Shown one piece after another: positions 11,950 to 24,324 of a DNA stretch of 64,000 nt (positions within the stretch are counted from its first letter, which is position 1; each line of letters opens with the position of its first letter). The notes under the pieces were generated by a model. That model did no database searches and was not told the origin of the DNA. It worked only from the letters and a program-made list of their open reading frames with translations. The stretch is from the human T2T-CHM13v2.0 reference genome, Homo sapiens, in assembly GCF_009914755.1 (NCBI RefSeq), contig NC_060935.1; one strand, written 5' to 3'. The translations under genes were made by a program, and so were the position numbers.

Positions 11950-12450
11950 CTTAAAATAGCTTTGTTGATATATAACCCAAATACAATACAGCTCACCCGT
12001 TTAAAGTGTGTAATTCAGTGACTTAGTATATTCAAATTACAAGTTCATTTCCACAATCAATTTTAGAACATTTTCCTCTTCCCCAAAAGAAACCCTGTAC
12101 TCTCCTTTTTCCTCCAACTCTCTCAGCCCCAGGCAACCGCCAATCTCCTTTCTATCTCTGTGGATTTGCCTATTTGATTGGCTTCTTTCACTTAGTATAA
12201 GGTTTGCAGGGCTCAGCCGTGCTGTAGCATGTATCAGAACTTCATTCCTTTTTATGGCTGGATAATACTCAATTGTATAGATGGGCTTTACTTTATTTGC
12301 TCGTTCATGAGTGAATGGATTCTTTTGGCTGCTAGGAATAATGCCGCTGTGAACACTCGTGTACAAGTTTTTGTGTGGATGGATGTTTTCATTTCTCTTT
12401 GGTGTATACTTTTAGAAGTGTAATTCATGGGTTATATGGTAACTGTGTGT
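11950..12450 (-). mobile_element. L1MB-like 3' fragment
   Basis: 'tttaaagtgtgtaattcagtg...caatcaattttagaacatttt'; ORF 12037-12366 gives ORF2-like 'IYTIEYYPAIKRNEVLIHAT'. Confidence 0.85.
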
Positions 12451-12839
12451 TTGGGATGGTGATTTGTATCCCTAAGGTTGTAACAAAGCTACAAGGGGTT
12501 ACCAGAAATTTTGGGGAAGGATCTCTGGTCTTCAGTCCACATAGACACTGCAAGAAGCTCATCACCCAAGTCCTGGTGGGCCATTTGAAAGTTAGTGGTT
12601 TTCCTATTCTCCGTTTGTGCCAGACTCTTTGCAGTCTTTGTGCCAAACTCTGCAGTGAGACTGCCACTGTTTGCCAAGGCTGGGGGCCTTATGGCTTAGT
12701 TTCCTAGCAGCCATGTGTCACCCCCATCAGAAGCCCAGCTCCCTCCTAGGACATCACGTGGATGTAGGAGTCAGATTTAGCTGCTGCTTAAGGGACATGA
12801 TGCCATCTCCACCCTCCGCTAAATCTACCATTAGCAACT

Positions 12840-14430
12840 CACATTTTTTTCCCATAGAACTGTGTCAACATTGAATTTTACTATTTGTACTTATTTTAGT
12901 TTAATGTGTTCAGTGGTAGTTTAAAGTTGCTTTGGCTTGTTTTTCTTTAATGGCTAGGAATAGTGCATTTCTGTATTTTTTTCTCGTTTAGACTTCCTTT
13001 GGGCTAAGTGGACCATTCTTCTGTGGCCCACTTAATGAATAGCATCTGGGCTTTTTGTATATATTTATATCAGTTCTTTACATGTGCTACTTTGAGTAGT
13101 AAAACTTTCATCAATTATGTTTGTCGTATTTTGATATTACTATTTATTTATTTCTCAAGGCATTGCTCTTTTTTATCTCTTCAGTAGTAAGAATGCTATC
13201 TCATTTTCACTTTTGTTAAACTTTTATTTTAGGCTAGTGGTACATGTAGAAGTTTGTTCTATAGGTAAACTGGAAATTTTTCACTTTTAATACAAATTAG
13301 ATAGTTTTAATGCATAAATTGTTGCCTGGTTTAAAAGTTATTTTGTGTCACCAGGACCTAAAGTGCAATAAATCATTTTTTATTTAAGTTGGCATTTAAC
13401 AGTAGTTCTCTTTTCCACTTTTGTGTTACTCCTGATATGTCATTTATTACGTTCCTTTAATAGCTTGAATTTTGTTTCTGGAATATATACCAGCCCAGGG
13501 ATGCTTGCTTTTAATACAGCTCCACGTACGTTCAATAACTGCAGCTTTATAATTTGCAGTCCAGTAGGACAGACCCACCCTCACTTTTTAAAAAAGAAGT
13601 CTCTGTTATTCCTTATTCCTCTGAGTAAATTTCACTGTGTGCTTGTCTCACTCTAGAAAGTGTTCCAATAGACCTTAATGATATTGGATTAATTTATAAG
13701 TCTACATTGGACATGTTTGCATCTCTACCACCTGAACGAGGATTATGCTCTTAACTGCACCTTTTAAGCCCATGGGCTCATCCCATGTTCCCTGTAATTC
13801 TCAGTTCTCCTTCTGCCTCCTCTTTCTCTCAGAGCAAGTTAGAAATTTGCCCTTGGAGCAGAAAGCATCACACTATTCAGGTTTTCCTTATTTCTCTTAA
13901 CAGAGTTTTATAACTTTCCCTAAGTCATGTGTGTCTTAAGTGAAATGAATATGCAGATATTTAATGTTTTGTATTACTATTTCAAATAGCATTTTTTTCC
14001 TGGATTTTTTTTCTTTGTGCTGTCTGGCACTAGTGTAAGCAAAGGTTATTGATTTTTGAGGATTATTTTATACCCTCAATTTTGAGCAAGTCATTCTCTG
14101 GTTAATTTTCTTGAATTTTCTAGGACTATAACCACGTCATCTTGAAATACTGACACTTCTATTTTTTTCTTCACAATTTTTATACTTTTTTTTTCTTGAA
14201 TAGTTATCTGCTGGAATTTCTAGAGCTAGGTTAAATAGAGGTGGTGACAATGGGACATTGTTGTTTTTTCCCCCCAGTGACTATAAAACTGATAAGTATG
14301 TTTAACCTTTCCCCCAGGTTAAGACAGAAAATCTGCACCTTTTTTGGGAAAATTAATTAAAAATTAATGCTGAATTTTACTCGGTTCCTTTTGGCACATA
14401 TTTAACAATTACGTGTATCTAAGAGCTATC
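12840..14430 (-). mobile_element. Highly diverged old L1 (L1ME-like) remnants
   Basis: T-rich antisense ORF2-like patches (ggttaattttcttgaattttctagg; aatagaggtggtgacaatgggacatt). Confidence 0.5.
13215..13277 (-). mobile_element. Very short 5'-truncated L1PA-type 3' end
   Basis: 'aacttttattttaggctagtggtacatgtagaagtttgttctataggtaaact' flanked by ttttcactttt direct repeats. Confidence 0.65.
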
Positions 14431-14446
14431 TTTGCATATGCTATAC

Positions 14447-14743
14447 TTTTTTTTTTTTTTTTTTGAGACTGAGTCACTCTGTCGCCCAGGCTGGAGTGCG
14501 GTGGCATGATCTTGGCCCTCACTGCTGCCTCCACTTTCCAGGTTCCAGTGATTCTCCTGCCTCAGCCTCCTGGGTAGCTGGGATTATAGGCACGTGCCAC
14601 CATACCTGGCTAATTTGTGTGTTTTTAGTAGAGATGGGGTTTCATCATGTTGGCCAGGCTGGTTTTGAACTCCTGACTTCAAGTTATCCACCCGCCTCAC
14701 CTCCTAAAGTGCTAGGATTGCAGGTGTGAGCCACAGCACCTGT
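14447..14743 (-). mobile_element. AluS (Sx/Sz-like)
   Basis: Full dimer, T17 tail, TSD tgctatac (14439-14446, 14744-14751). Confidence 0.93.
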
Positions 14744-14879
14744 TGCTATACATTATAAAGTAGTTTTTAAAAAGTTATACTAGATTTATATGACTAAGAC
14801 AAGCTCTGATTATTCATGATTTAAAATTTTCAGTGTTTCCTGGTATTTTCATAAGAGACATAAGCCACTATCCAGCTCG

Positions 14880-15014
14880 CTGTTCCCTATCTCCTCCCAT
14901 TGTTCCTTTCTCCCTGCATCCTCCTTTCATGCATCATTTTCTCTCCTCCTTTTCCCTCCTGTCTCCTCCTCCTCCTCTCTTTCCCTCCTCTCCTTCCTCT
15001 ATCCTTTCCTTCTG
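14880..15014. repeat. CT-rich low-complexity tract
   Basis: Near-pure pyrimidine (cct/tc) sequence. Confidence 0.8.
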
Positions 15015-15446
15015 GTGTCTTTGTCAGCTTTGGGAGTTAAAGCCTTTACCTCAGAGACTAACCTAGTTAATAGTGCCATCGTTCTAGAATAAATGAGATC
15101 CTTTATGTAATAAATGATTTGGAGAAATTCTCCTGTCAGTCCAGTAGTAACAAATATCTTGTTTGAGGGGTAGACAGGGTTGGAAATTGTTGAGGGGGAG
15201 AAATCTACGTTCTGGGCGCCCTTTGGGAAGGCGAACCTTGAGCAGAATGATGTTGGGAAGTGATGTGGGTGGGTTGGGTACATTCACCTAGAGACCTTAG
15301 CTAATCTGGCATGGTGGGCATTACACATATATTAATAGATGGTGAAAGAGACATCATGAAGGTGAAATCTGACCCACTTGGCATACCACTGGGCATGGCA
15401 GGCACGAGGCAAGGCAGGCATATGTTTGCTGCTCTTAGGCCTCCTC

Positions 15447-15797
15447 TGATATGGTTTGGCTGTGTCCCTACCCAAATCTCATCTTGAATTGTGGCTCCCA
15501 TAGTTCTCATGTGCTATGGGAGGGACCCATGGGAGATAACTGAATCATGGGGGATGGTTTCACCCATACTGTTCTCGTGGTAGTGAATAAGTCTTATGAG
15601 CTCTGATGGTTTTATAAGGGGAAACCCCTTTCGCTTGGTTCCCATCTGTGACCATGTAAGATGTGCCTTTTACCTCCCACCATGATTGTGAGGCTGCTCC
15701 AGCCACATGGAACTGTGAGTCCATTAAACCTCTTTTTCTTTATAAATTACCCAATCTTGATATGTCTTTATCAGCAACGTGAAAATAAACTAATACA
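15447..15797 (+). mobile_element. THE1C-like MaLR solo LTR
   Basis: tgatatggtttggctgtgtcc...actaataca; 'ggggaaacccctttcgcttgg' motif; perfect TSD tcctc. Confidence 0.93.
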
Positions 15798-16294
15798 TCC
15801 TCTATTTCTGAGAGTTGTCTTTCCCACTGAGGAATTAGCTTGGCCATTTGATCTTGGAAATAGTCTTCTTGGTCAGATACTATCCATGCTGTGAGGGATG
15901 CATATGGCTTTATTTGGGGCAGGTTCTTCCCAGACCCTTTTCTTTTTCAAAGAGCAAAAACCAGAATGGCATTCTCTTATTTCTATAATTATTTTCTATT
16001 ATTTCTATTATTTGTTATTTCGTCTTTAAACTTCGGGGACAGCTGGTGGATCTGTTCTTGAATTTCAAGTTTAGAAACCTGATGAGTGCCTTTGACCTCA
16101 ATCCTGAGCCTGACTCTGTAACCATTTGTTGATATCCACATGGAGAATGTCTTTCAAATGGAGAATGTTGTCTTAAATCACTGCTCTTTTAAGATCTCAG
16201 TATCACCGCCTTTGTTTTCCTCTTCCCCCTGATTCCCCTTGTCATGTGGTATGGATCTGCATTCTTCAATTCTGTTGTGGCTATTTCTTCTATG

Positions 16295-16555
16295 TTGTGG
16301 TCCATGGTTTTGAGCAAGGAACCTGCAGCCAGACTGCCTGGGTTCTAAGACCAGCTCCGCCATTTATAGTCGGAGTGGACTTCGCCAGTTACTTAATTCC
16401 TGTGTAACCTGGCTTCTCCAGCCACATAATGGGAATTGTGACCACTCACCTCCCTAGAGTCGTTGTGAGAATGAAATGAGATTATCTACATAAAGGGCTT
16501 TGCACCATGCTGGACGGAGGTGAGCATCCCATAAGTATTAGCTGTAGCTATATTG
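16295..16555 (+). mobile_element. MIR SINE
   Basis: 'gagcaaggaacctgcagccagactgcctgggttc...gttgtgagaatgaaatgag'. Confidence 0.82.
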
Positions 16556-17342
16556 TTAGCGTCTGCTGGTGTGGAAAGCTGTAATTTAGGTTTTCCATGG
16601 TTGTGTATGTTCTCCACTGCATCAGTGTTGTGTCTTCTCCTTTTTTCAGTCCCACTCCAGAATTTATAAGTTTATTGTAGTTTATTTTCTTCTCTGTATA
16701 ATCTCACTTTGATAATTTATTTTTTTCTTGCAGCTTTAAAATAAGTAGGCATGGATCATGCCCCTACTGGCCTTTAAAAGGCACCATGCTGGTATTCTAA
16801 TCAAGACCATTGCTTAGAACCAGCTTCCTCTATTTAATCCCCAAATTCTTGGTTTCCTTTTTCATTTCCCTAGGTCAGAAGGCTTCCTTCATCCCCTGAT
16901 TTTGATAGGTGCACACTGGCCAGGGGTAGACATAGCCTCTTTATCATCCACGACCCAGCACCTTCAACCTTAGGACACAAGTTGGGGGGCTTATTTTGCT
17001 GCTGGGGCCTTGGTGCTTCCCATTGTTTTAGGAAAGGACTTCCTGTCCCAGCCTGCCCATTGAAAAAGTTGGACCAAGGGGAGGAAGCATCTTGTCAACT
17101 TGCCCCTTTCGAGTCCCAAAATTTTCAAGAATCTGTAGTTTCTTTTGCAATGGCATTGGGGGGAGGTTGATTTCTTTTATTATTTTCTCTCATGCCTAGC
17201 TACAAAATGCATGTTCAATCTTCTACAAAATTTATCTTTTGACATTCCAAAAGATGTCTTATTAATAGTGAATGAGTCAAAGTCATTGTCAATGTGTACC
17301 TTATTTAAAGAATAAGTGATTTTCATGACAAAAGTATCTATT

Positions 17343-18232
17343 TGTTTTTTAAATTATTTATTTTTTAATTGGCAAAGGTCAATTAAAGATATTTCCAGAT
17401 TAAAAAAACCTGTTATATATTTATGGTGTACAATATGATGATTATGTATACATTGTGGAATGACTAGATAAAGCTAATTAACATATCAGTTACCTCACAT
17501 TTTTATCATTTTTTTTGGTGAGAACATTTAAAATCTCAGCAATTTTCAAGTGTACAATACTTTGTTGTTAACTATAATCACCATGTTTTACAATAGATCT
17601 TCTGAATGTATTCTTCTTGACTGAAATTTTATATCCTTTGACTAACATCTCCCCATTCCCACCCCAACCCCAGCCCCTGGTAACCTCCATTCTACTCTCT
17701 GCTTCTATGAGTTCGACTTTTTTAGACTTTATATGTAAGTGAGATCCTTGGTATTTGTCTTTCATTGCCTGGATTATTTCACTTGATATAATGTCCTCCA
17801 GTTTCATCCCTGTCATCACAAATGACAGGATTTCCATTTTTAAGGCTGAATAGTATTCCATCATGTATATATTCCGCATTTCCTTTATCCATTCATCTGT
17901 TAGTGGACACTTAGGCTGATTGCGTATTTTGGCCATTGTGGATAATGTGGTAGTGAACATGGAAGTGCAGGTATCTCCTTGACATACCGATTTTATTTCC
18001 TTTGGGTATATACCACAATGAAACATCACCCTATACATGTTAGGATGACTTTTTTTCAAAACGACGAGAGGTAAATATTGGCGAGGCTGTGGAGAAAAGG
18101 GAAGTCTTATACAGTGTTGGTGAGAATGTAAGTTAGTACAGCCATTGTGGAAAACAGTATGGAAGTTCCTCAAAAAATTAAAAATAAAACTACCATATGA
18201 TCCAGCAATTCCACTTCTGGGTATATATCCAG
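17343..18232 (-). mobile_element. L1MA-type insertion with inverted 5' segment
   Basis: 17343-~18012 is the L1 3' end on minus; ~18012-18232 is the adjacent upstream ORF2 segment on plus. Confidence 0.88.
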
Positions 18233-19469
18233 AGAATCTGTGTCTTTTAAGATTGATTTTGGATCATACATTGCTTGGTTTTTCAATTGTTTCTCTTGGT
18301 TTAAGACATTTGTATGTTTTTTATTTTGGCAAATTTTGTTCAGAGGAAATTCCTTGGGGCTACCCCTACTCAAAACGAATTTAACTACTTAATGCATATA
18401 CTTTATGTGTGAAATGATACTTTTATAATTAATTTAATTAAGTCTTTGTAATAAAGATATTATACTCAGAACAATGTTTTATTAAAGGTTAGTAAATGAT
18501 TTCTGATAGAGACACCATAGAGCTTTTTACTTTGTCTTTTCATGAAGGACAAATTATCCTTTGAATCATTGCCTACGTCTAGCCATTCTCTTAACATATT
18601 TCAAATGTCAAGGTCTTTCCAGATTAAAAAAAAAATCTATGAATAACTCAACCAAGGAGCTACCTGCAAAATTCAATTTCTGATGGTGATCAGGTATGTC
18701 ATAGAAGCCCCACTGCTGATGATGGAGCAGGTATTCTCAGCGTTGTTCTACCCAAGACTTACTTCAGTTTATCAGTTCTTGAAAATTTCATTTATGGAAA
18801 CCACTACATTGCCATCAAACACTTTATGGACCCATGAAAGCAAGTGGCTTTAAGCATTTTAAACAGAGCCTGTGTACATGATGAATATAAAGAAGTATTA
18901 TGTGGATCTCCATAGCAATTTATTATTCACTCAATCATAAATTGCATTTTTCCACTCTGCCTCGACCTTTAGGAGGCCCGCTGATGGGGAAAAGATAACA
19001 TCTAATAATGGAAAGTCTAGTTGTTTTGTTAGATGTCAAACTTTTGAGATCAGCTTCCAAGCAAGGACAATCTTATTTGAGAAGATTATTAACCATCTCT
19101 TTTTCTCAGTGCTAGCTGTAGATCATCTGCAAGACTCTTGCGGATCATGGAGACTAATTTGGAGGGGTGGGACTGTGAGATGGAAGGTGGTATGTACTGA
19201 CCAAGAAGTCTAGCCCACTAGGTGGGGGGCAGGTTGCTGGATGATGAGCCCTGGAGGCAGGGACCATGGTCTATTGTTCTTTTTTTTTTTTTTTTTTTTT
19301 TGGTCTATTCTTGTATCCTTAGCAGCCAACATCCAGACGGTCTTGAATGTTTGTTGAATGACTGAGTGGATGACAAGGAGCTTTGGGGAATGAGATGTTC
19401 TAGCAAAGTTCTAGCATCTCAGCTTTGGTGGCCATTCTTTTCTGCCTTGCCTTCAGAAGTTTGTGAGCT

Positions 19470-19646
19470 GAAACATCGATTCGTACTGTGAATGCATTTT
19501 AGAATTACTTGGGAACATTTTTAAAAAATACTTGAAACCCATCCTCAGAGATTCTGATTTAATTAGTCTGAGGTGGGATCTAGGCATCAGTATTTTCCGG
19601 AAGTTTTCTTATGTGATATTAATATACAGTCAGGGTTGAGACCCCC
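19470..19646. mobile_element. MER5-like hAT MITE
   Basis: 'agaattacttgggaacatttttaaaaaatac...cagagattctgatttaattagtctgaggtggg...gggttgagaccc'. Confidence 0.75.
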
Positions 19647-19839
19647 TATAAATGGGTAGGGTCCAAAGTTGGAAGACCAAAATGAGGTATGTTAGGATTC
19701 ACAGTTGATCAGGATTGGTTGGGGAGTAAGAACTTTGTGTCTTACATGTGATTGAAATCTTGGAAATGGAATGTTCTAGAATCACCTTTCAAAGCTTTTT
19801 AAAAATTCTTTTGCTTCCTGTCCTCCCTTTCCCATCCCT

Positions 19840-19980
19840 GGGAGGCAGGATGATAGGGTAGTCCAGGAACTGGGCATTGCGAGACTGGTTCTGATCCCTC
19901 CTATTATGGATGTGATCTTATTATCTGTCACTTAACATCTCCAATTCTCAGCTTTCTCATTGGTAAAACAAAGACTTCAA
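19840..19980 (+). mobile_element. MIR fragment
   Basis: 'cacttaacatctccaattctcagctttctcattggtaaaa'. Confidence 0.55.
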
Positions 19981-20359
19981 AGATTTTAGAATCTTAGCAC
20001 TTCTAAATATGGTTGGCAAATATGAACTTTCATGCTGATTGGCTCTTGCATTAGTGAGTCTATGTTTGTAATGCTCAAACTCAAAGGCAGTGTTAAGAAA
20101 ATGAATAATGTTAATGTCATAAGTATTTATATCTCCATGGCTTAGTCTATGGATAATTCCTGAATGTGAAACAATCCATCTACAAGTGCGCTCCTCCTCA
20201 ATTTTCTTGAAGAAAAAATATTAAAGGATGACAAAAGGACTAAGTCTAATATTTTAGTTGTCAAAGGTAAAATATTGTACATTTTAATGGGAAGGGAGGC
20301 CAAAATGAGCAAAACAGAAAATTTTGGGTAATTGAAGCCTCTAATTCTTGTGTCTTGTT

Positions 20360-20600
20360 TAATAGTTACTAGCATTGATTAATTGCTTTCCACATATCAG
20401 ATGCTGTTTTAGGAGCCTTCTCTGTATCAACTCATTCAGTAAAACAACTATAGGAGGTAGATTCTATCATAATCCCAATTTTGTGGGTATGGAAATTGAG
20501 GCACATAAAGGTTAATTAACTTGCCTACTAAGATTACTAACCAGGAAGTAACAGATCAGAGGTTTGAACTCAGAAAGGCTCGTTCCTAACAACTAAGTCA
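20360..20600 (-). mobile_element. MIR SINE
   Basis: 'atcccaattttgtgggtatggaaattgaggcacataaaggttaattaacttgcc'. Confidence 0.75.
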
Positions 20601-20929
20601 TATTACATTTAGAACAATAGCTTTTACTTCTAGAATGCATTCATGTGTCAGAGTTTCTCTCACCTGCCTAAGAGCACTGTGAGTTTTATTCTTATTTCTA
20701 TTTTCTAGATGGCTCAGAGAGTGTAAATAATTTATGCAGGGTCACCCAGTTTGCATGCAACAGTGCTTGGATGTGAACTAGGTCCTGACTTCAGAATATA
20801 GTATTCTCTCTCTAGATATTTGCATAGCACTTCACAGTTTACAGTACATTTCTACATTTGTTATGTTGTTAAATCCTCACAACAACCCTGTGAGGTAAAC
20901 TGTGAAAAATCTGAATGCTGTGCTGGCCA

Positions 20930-21733
20930 GCTGTCGTTGGGTGATGCTAGCCACTGGAACAGATATACCCTGAAATCTCTGTCTTAGCATGTCTTCGTCA
21001 GTTCAGGATGTCATAACAAAATAGCAAAGACTGGGTGGCTTAAACAACAGGAATTTATTACTCACAGTTCTGGAGGCTGAAAGTCCAAGATCAGGGTGCC
21101 AGCAGGATTGGTTTCTGGTAAGGTCTCGCTCCCCACCTTATAGATCACTGCCTTCTTGCTGTGTGCTTACAAGGCATGTGTGCATGCAGAGAGAGACAGA
21201 GACAGAGGGAGAGAGAGGGAAAGATATCTCTCTTTCTCTTACTCTAGGGCCATGCTGAAGGCCTTACCCTGGTGTCCTAATCTAATTACTTCCAAAGGCT
21301 CCATCTCCTGATACCATCATGTTGAGAGTTAGGGCTTCAATGTATGGATTTTGGAAGGACACAAACATTCATTTCCTAACAACACAGTGGGAGTTTATTT
21401 CTTACTCATGTACAGTCCAGTTAGTAATGGAGGTGATGTAGTTTTGCTCCATGTAGTCATTCAGAGGCCCAGGCTGATGGAGATGCTGCCATCTTCATCC
21501 CATGGTTTCCAAAGGCACCCTGGACATCGACATGTGGATTCAAATGGGCAAAAGGAATGGCGGGTCACACAGGAAGTTTTGATGGGCCAGACCCAGAAGT
21601 GGCATCTGTCTCTTCCAACTACATTCCATTGGCCAGGACATTCCAAGAATTGGCGTTGGAAAATGTAGTCTAGCTGTGTGCTCAGGAATGAGGGGAAATG
21701 GGTTTGGTGAACAACTGCCAGAGTCCACTGCAA
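20930..21733 (-). mobile_element. Old MLT1 (I/J-like) LTR hosting a younger MLT1A
   Basis: 'tgaaatctctgtcttagca' continues after the insert as 'acacagtgggagtttatttcttactca...ggaaaatgtagtctagctgtgtgc'. Confidence 0.65.
20989..21381 (-). mobile_element. MLT1A-like solo LTR
   Basis: 'ataacaaaatagcaaagactgggtggcttaaacaacaggaatttatt...gacacaaacattca'. Confidence 0.85.
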
Positions 21734-21739
21734 CAGTTA

Positions 21740-21990
21740 ATAAAAATGAAAAGATCAAACGTTATTGATTCTTGTTATATGCGAGGCACTCAATGATCTA
21801 GAAAATGTATAACCATTATCTCAATACATTCTCATAATAATCTTTGAGATAGGTGTGACTTCTTACAGTTGTAAGAATTCAGACATATTAAGAGAAATTA
21901 GGTGACTCACCCAAGGTTATACAGATTGATGGTAAATGGGAAGGTTTGAATTCAAACCCAGTCTTTCTGACTCTGGAGTTATTCTTCATA
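21740..21990 (-). mobile_element. MIR SINE
   Basis: 'ggtgactcacccaaggttatacag...gaattcaaacccagtctttctgactctggag'. Confidence 0.7.
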
Positions 21991-22180
21991 ACTACTCAAT
22001 AAGTTTCGTATCTTCCCATGGCAAGTCAGGAAAGTGGGGTTCTAGTCCCATTTTGCTATTAATAGTACAACACAGGACTTGAGTTATTGGGCAGTTGAGA
22101 ACACTGGGGAGAACAGATTATCTTTCTCCTCTTATCCAAGGCCCCAGGCATGAAGGTTCTGAGTGTAGTATGGAAGTTGA

Positions 22181-22479
<299 letters not shown>

Positions 22480-22649
22480 CACTTTACTTCTAATTAGCCA
22501 GCTTTTTCTAAATTCTACATCCATATAAATTAAAACAGATGTAAAATGCCTCCCTTCCCCACACCCATTACTTTTGGCGCATTCTAGTTCCAGCTGCAGT
22601 TAGAAATGTTAGCAGGGACTCAGGTGCCTGCCTTTGCATTGACATTTAA

Positions 22650-22820
22650 CACCGTGCTCTCAAACTCTAAAATGCCCGTGAATTACCTGGGATCTTATCA
22701 AAATGCAGATTCTGCTTCAGTAGGTCTGAGGTGGGGCCTGAGAGTCTGAGTTTCTAACAAGACAACAGGTAATGCCCACCCTGCTGGTCCATCAGCCACA
22801 CTTTGCACAGCAAGAATCTG
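22650..22820. mobile_element. MER5A-like MITE
   Basis: 'gaattacctgggatcttatcaaaatgcagattctgcttcagtaggtctgaggtggggcctgaga...ccacactttg'. Confidence 0.85.
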
Positions 22821-22859
22821 CTACTTGTATGACAAATAGAATCAGCCTGTTCATGCCTC

Positions 22860-23050
22860 TGTTTATTTTAGCACTTTGTTCCTATCTGTCATTCCTCTTA
22901 CGTTGCACTGTAACTAATGGTATAAGTGTCTGTCTCCTCAACTAGACTCTGAGTTTCTTGAGGGCTGAGACCATTTATGCTTGACAATTTTATGTCTGGC
23001 TTAGTGCCTGATTCATAAGTTGCCAAATCCATGTGTTTTAAACAGATGAC
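22860..23050 (+). mobile_element. L2 terminal fragment
   Basis: 'tgtctgtctcctcaactagactctgagtttcttgagggc'. Confidence 0.65.
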
Positions 23051-23861
23051 TAATGACTTCAAGTGCAGGTATAGTGAGAAGCCTCATGGAATCCTGGTCT
23101 TGAGGAACCATCAAGGGCATAGCATGTGTAGGGTGGTATGTGAAAACCGTGCTGGCTATCAGCAGTCACACAGGGCTTTCAATCCCCTTGGGTACTACAC
23201 GGTTCACATGGCACTACAGTATGATGCAAGACCAAAGAATAGGGGAATACATAGGAAATTGTAGGGCTAACGTTAATTTGTTAGGGGTTGTGGGAAGAAG
23301 GGGCTTATGTACACAATCCATAGTGTATACAAAAGAAGTTAGGGGCTATGGGAAGAAGGACCTTCCAGTTTATAACTTTCCAATCAGCCAAGAGTGTCTA
23401 GTTACATTTTCTATTGGGCTATTTTCCTGTATGTACCAGGTTTTGAATCTGGAAGTACTTTTGAAGCCCAAGCTAAAAAAAATAAAACTAAAACATCCTT
23501 CCCAACAAATCCCTTTTTAAGTTTTAATTTTTCTATAGAAGAAGCCCTGTTTTCTCTAAGAAATCTGAATCTCTGAGGGCTGTAGCTGTCTGAAAACAGA
23601 ATGGTGTCAGTCCACTTTGTAAAGACATCCCTGACCACAGGCAGTGAGACTTTCAGGATATCTAAGGCTGATGGAAGCCCCCTTCTCCACTCTGACCAGT
23701 GACAAACCACTACTGGGACAAAGAGGGCATGGCCATCAAGTGCTAGAAGAGAGAGCTGGTTTCTATCAAAGTTCAAATGCACACAAGACCTATTTGTAGA
23801 GGGCGAGGTCTAGGGAGGAGGTCAGAATAGGTGAGGTGGAGGATATAGAGTTTCCACAGAG

Positions 23862-24324
23862 CTGTGGGTCTAAACCTTTTTGTGGGTTACCAACCCTCTC
23901 AAACATCTAATGGGACCTGTGGTACCTCTGCCCAGGGAGACACATACATGCAAAATTTTGCTGCCAGTTGCGATGGCTCATGCCTGTAATCCCAGCACTT
24001 TGAGAGGCCAAGGTGGACAGATCACCTGAGGTCAGGAGTTCGAGACAAGCCTGGCCAACATGGTGAAACCTCATCTCTACCAAAAAATACAAAAATTAGC
24101 TGGGCATGGTTGTGTGTGTCTGTAATCCCGGCCACTGGGGAGGCTGAGGCAGGAGAATCACTTGAACCCAGAGACAGAGGTTGCAGTTAGCCGAGATCGT
24201 GCCACTGCATTCCAGGCTGGAAAACAGAGCAAGACTCTGTCTCAAAAAAACCCCAAAAAGAACAATTTTGTATAAGATTTCAGTGAGTTCAGGGTGACCT
24301 TGAACCCTGGACTAGGAACCCCTG
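23862..24324. mobile_element. hAT-Charlie MITE (Charlie4z-like) split by an Alu
   Basis: 'cacatacatgcaaaattttg' resumes as 'tataagatttcagtgagttc...aggaacccctg'. Confidence 0.55.
23962..24260 (+). mobile_element. AluSx-like
   Basis: 'gatcacctgaggtcaggagttcgagac'; flanking aattttg repeat. Confidence 0.93.

Noticed and set aside
17568-18173. 201-aa - strand ORF
   Set aside because: By-product of the L1 inversion junction (antisense plus decayed ORF2 and 3'UTR), not a gene
19214-19230. CTCF-like CCACTAGGTGGGG
   Set aside because: Lacks the highly conserved C of the GGC core; the similar partial matches at ~6995 and ~23796 are equally weak
23050-23340. Unassigned segment possibly from an ancient repeat or ncRNA
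   Set aside because: I could not match it to any family or structured RNA by eye; needs Dfam/Rfam searches
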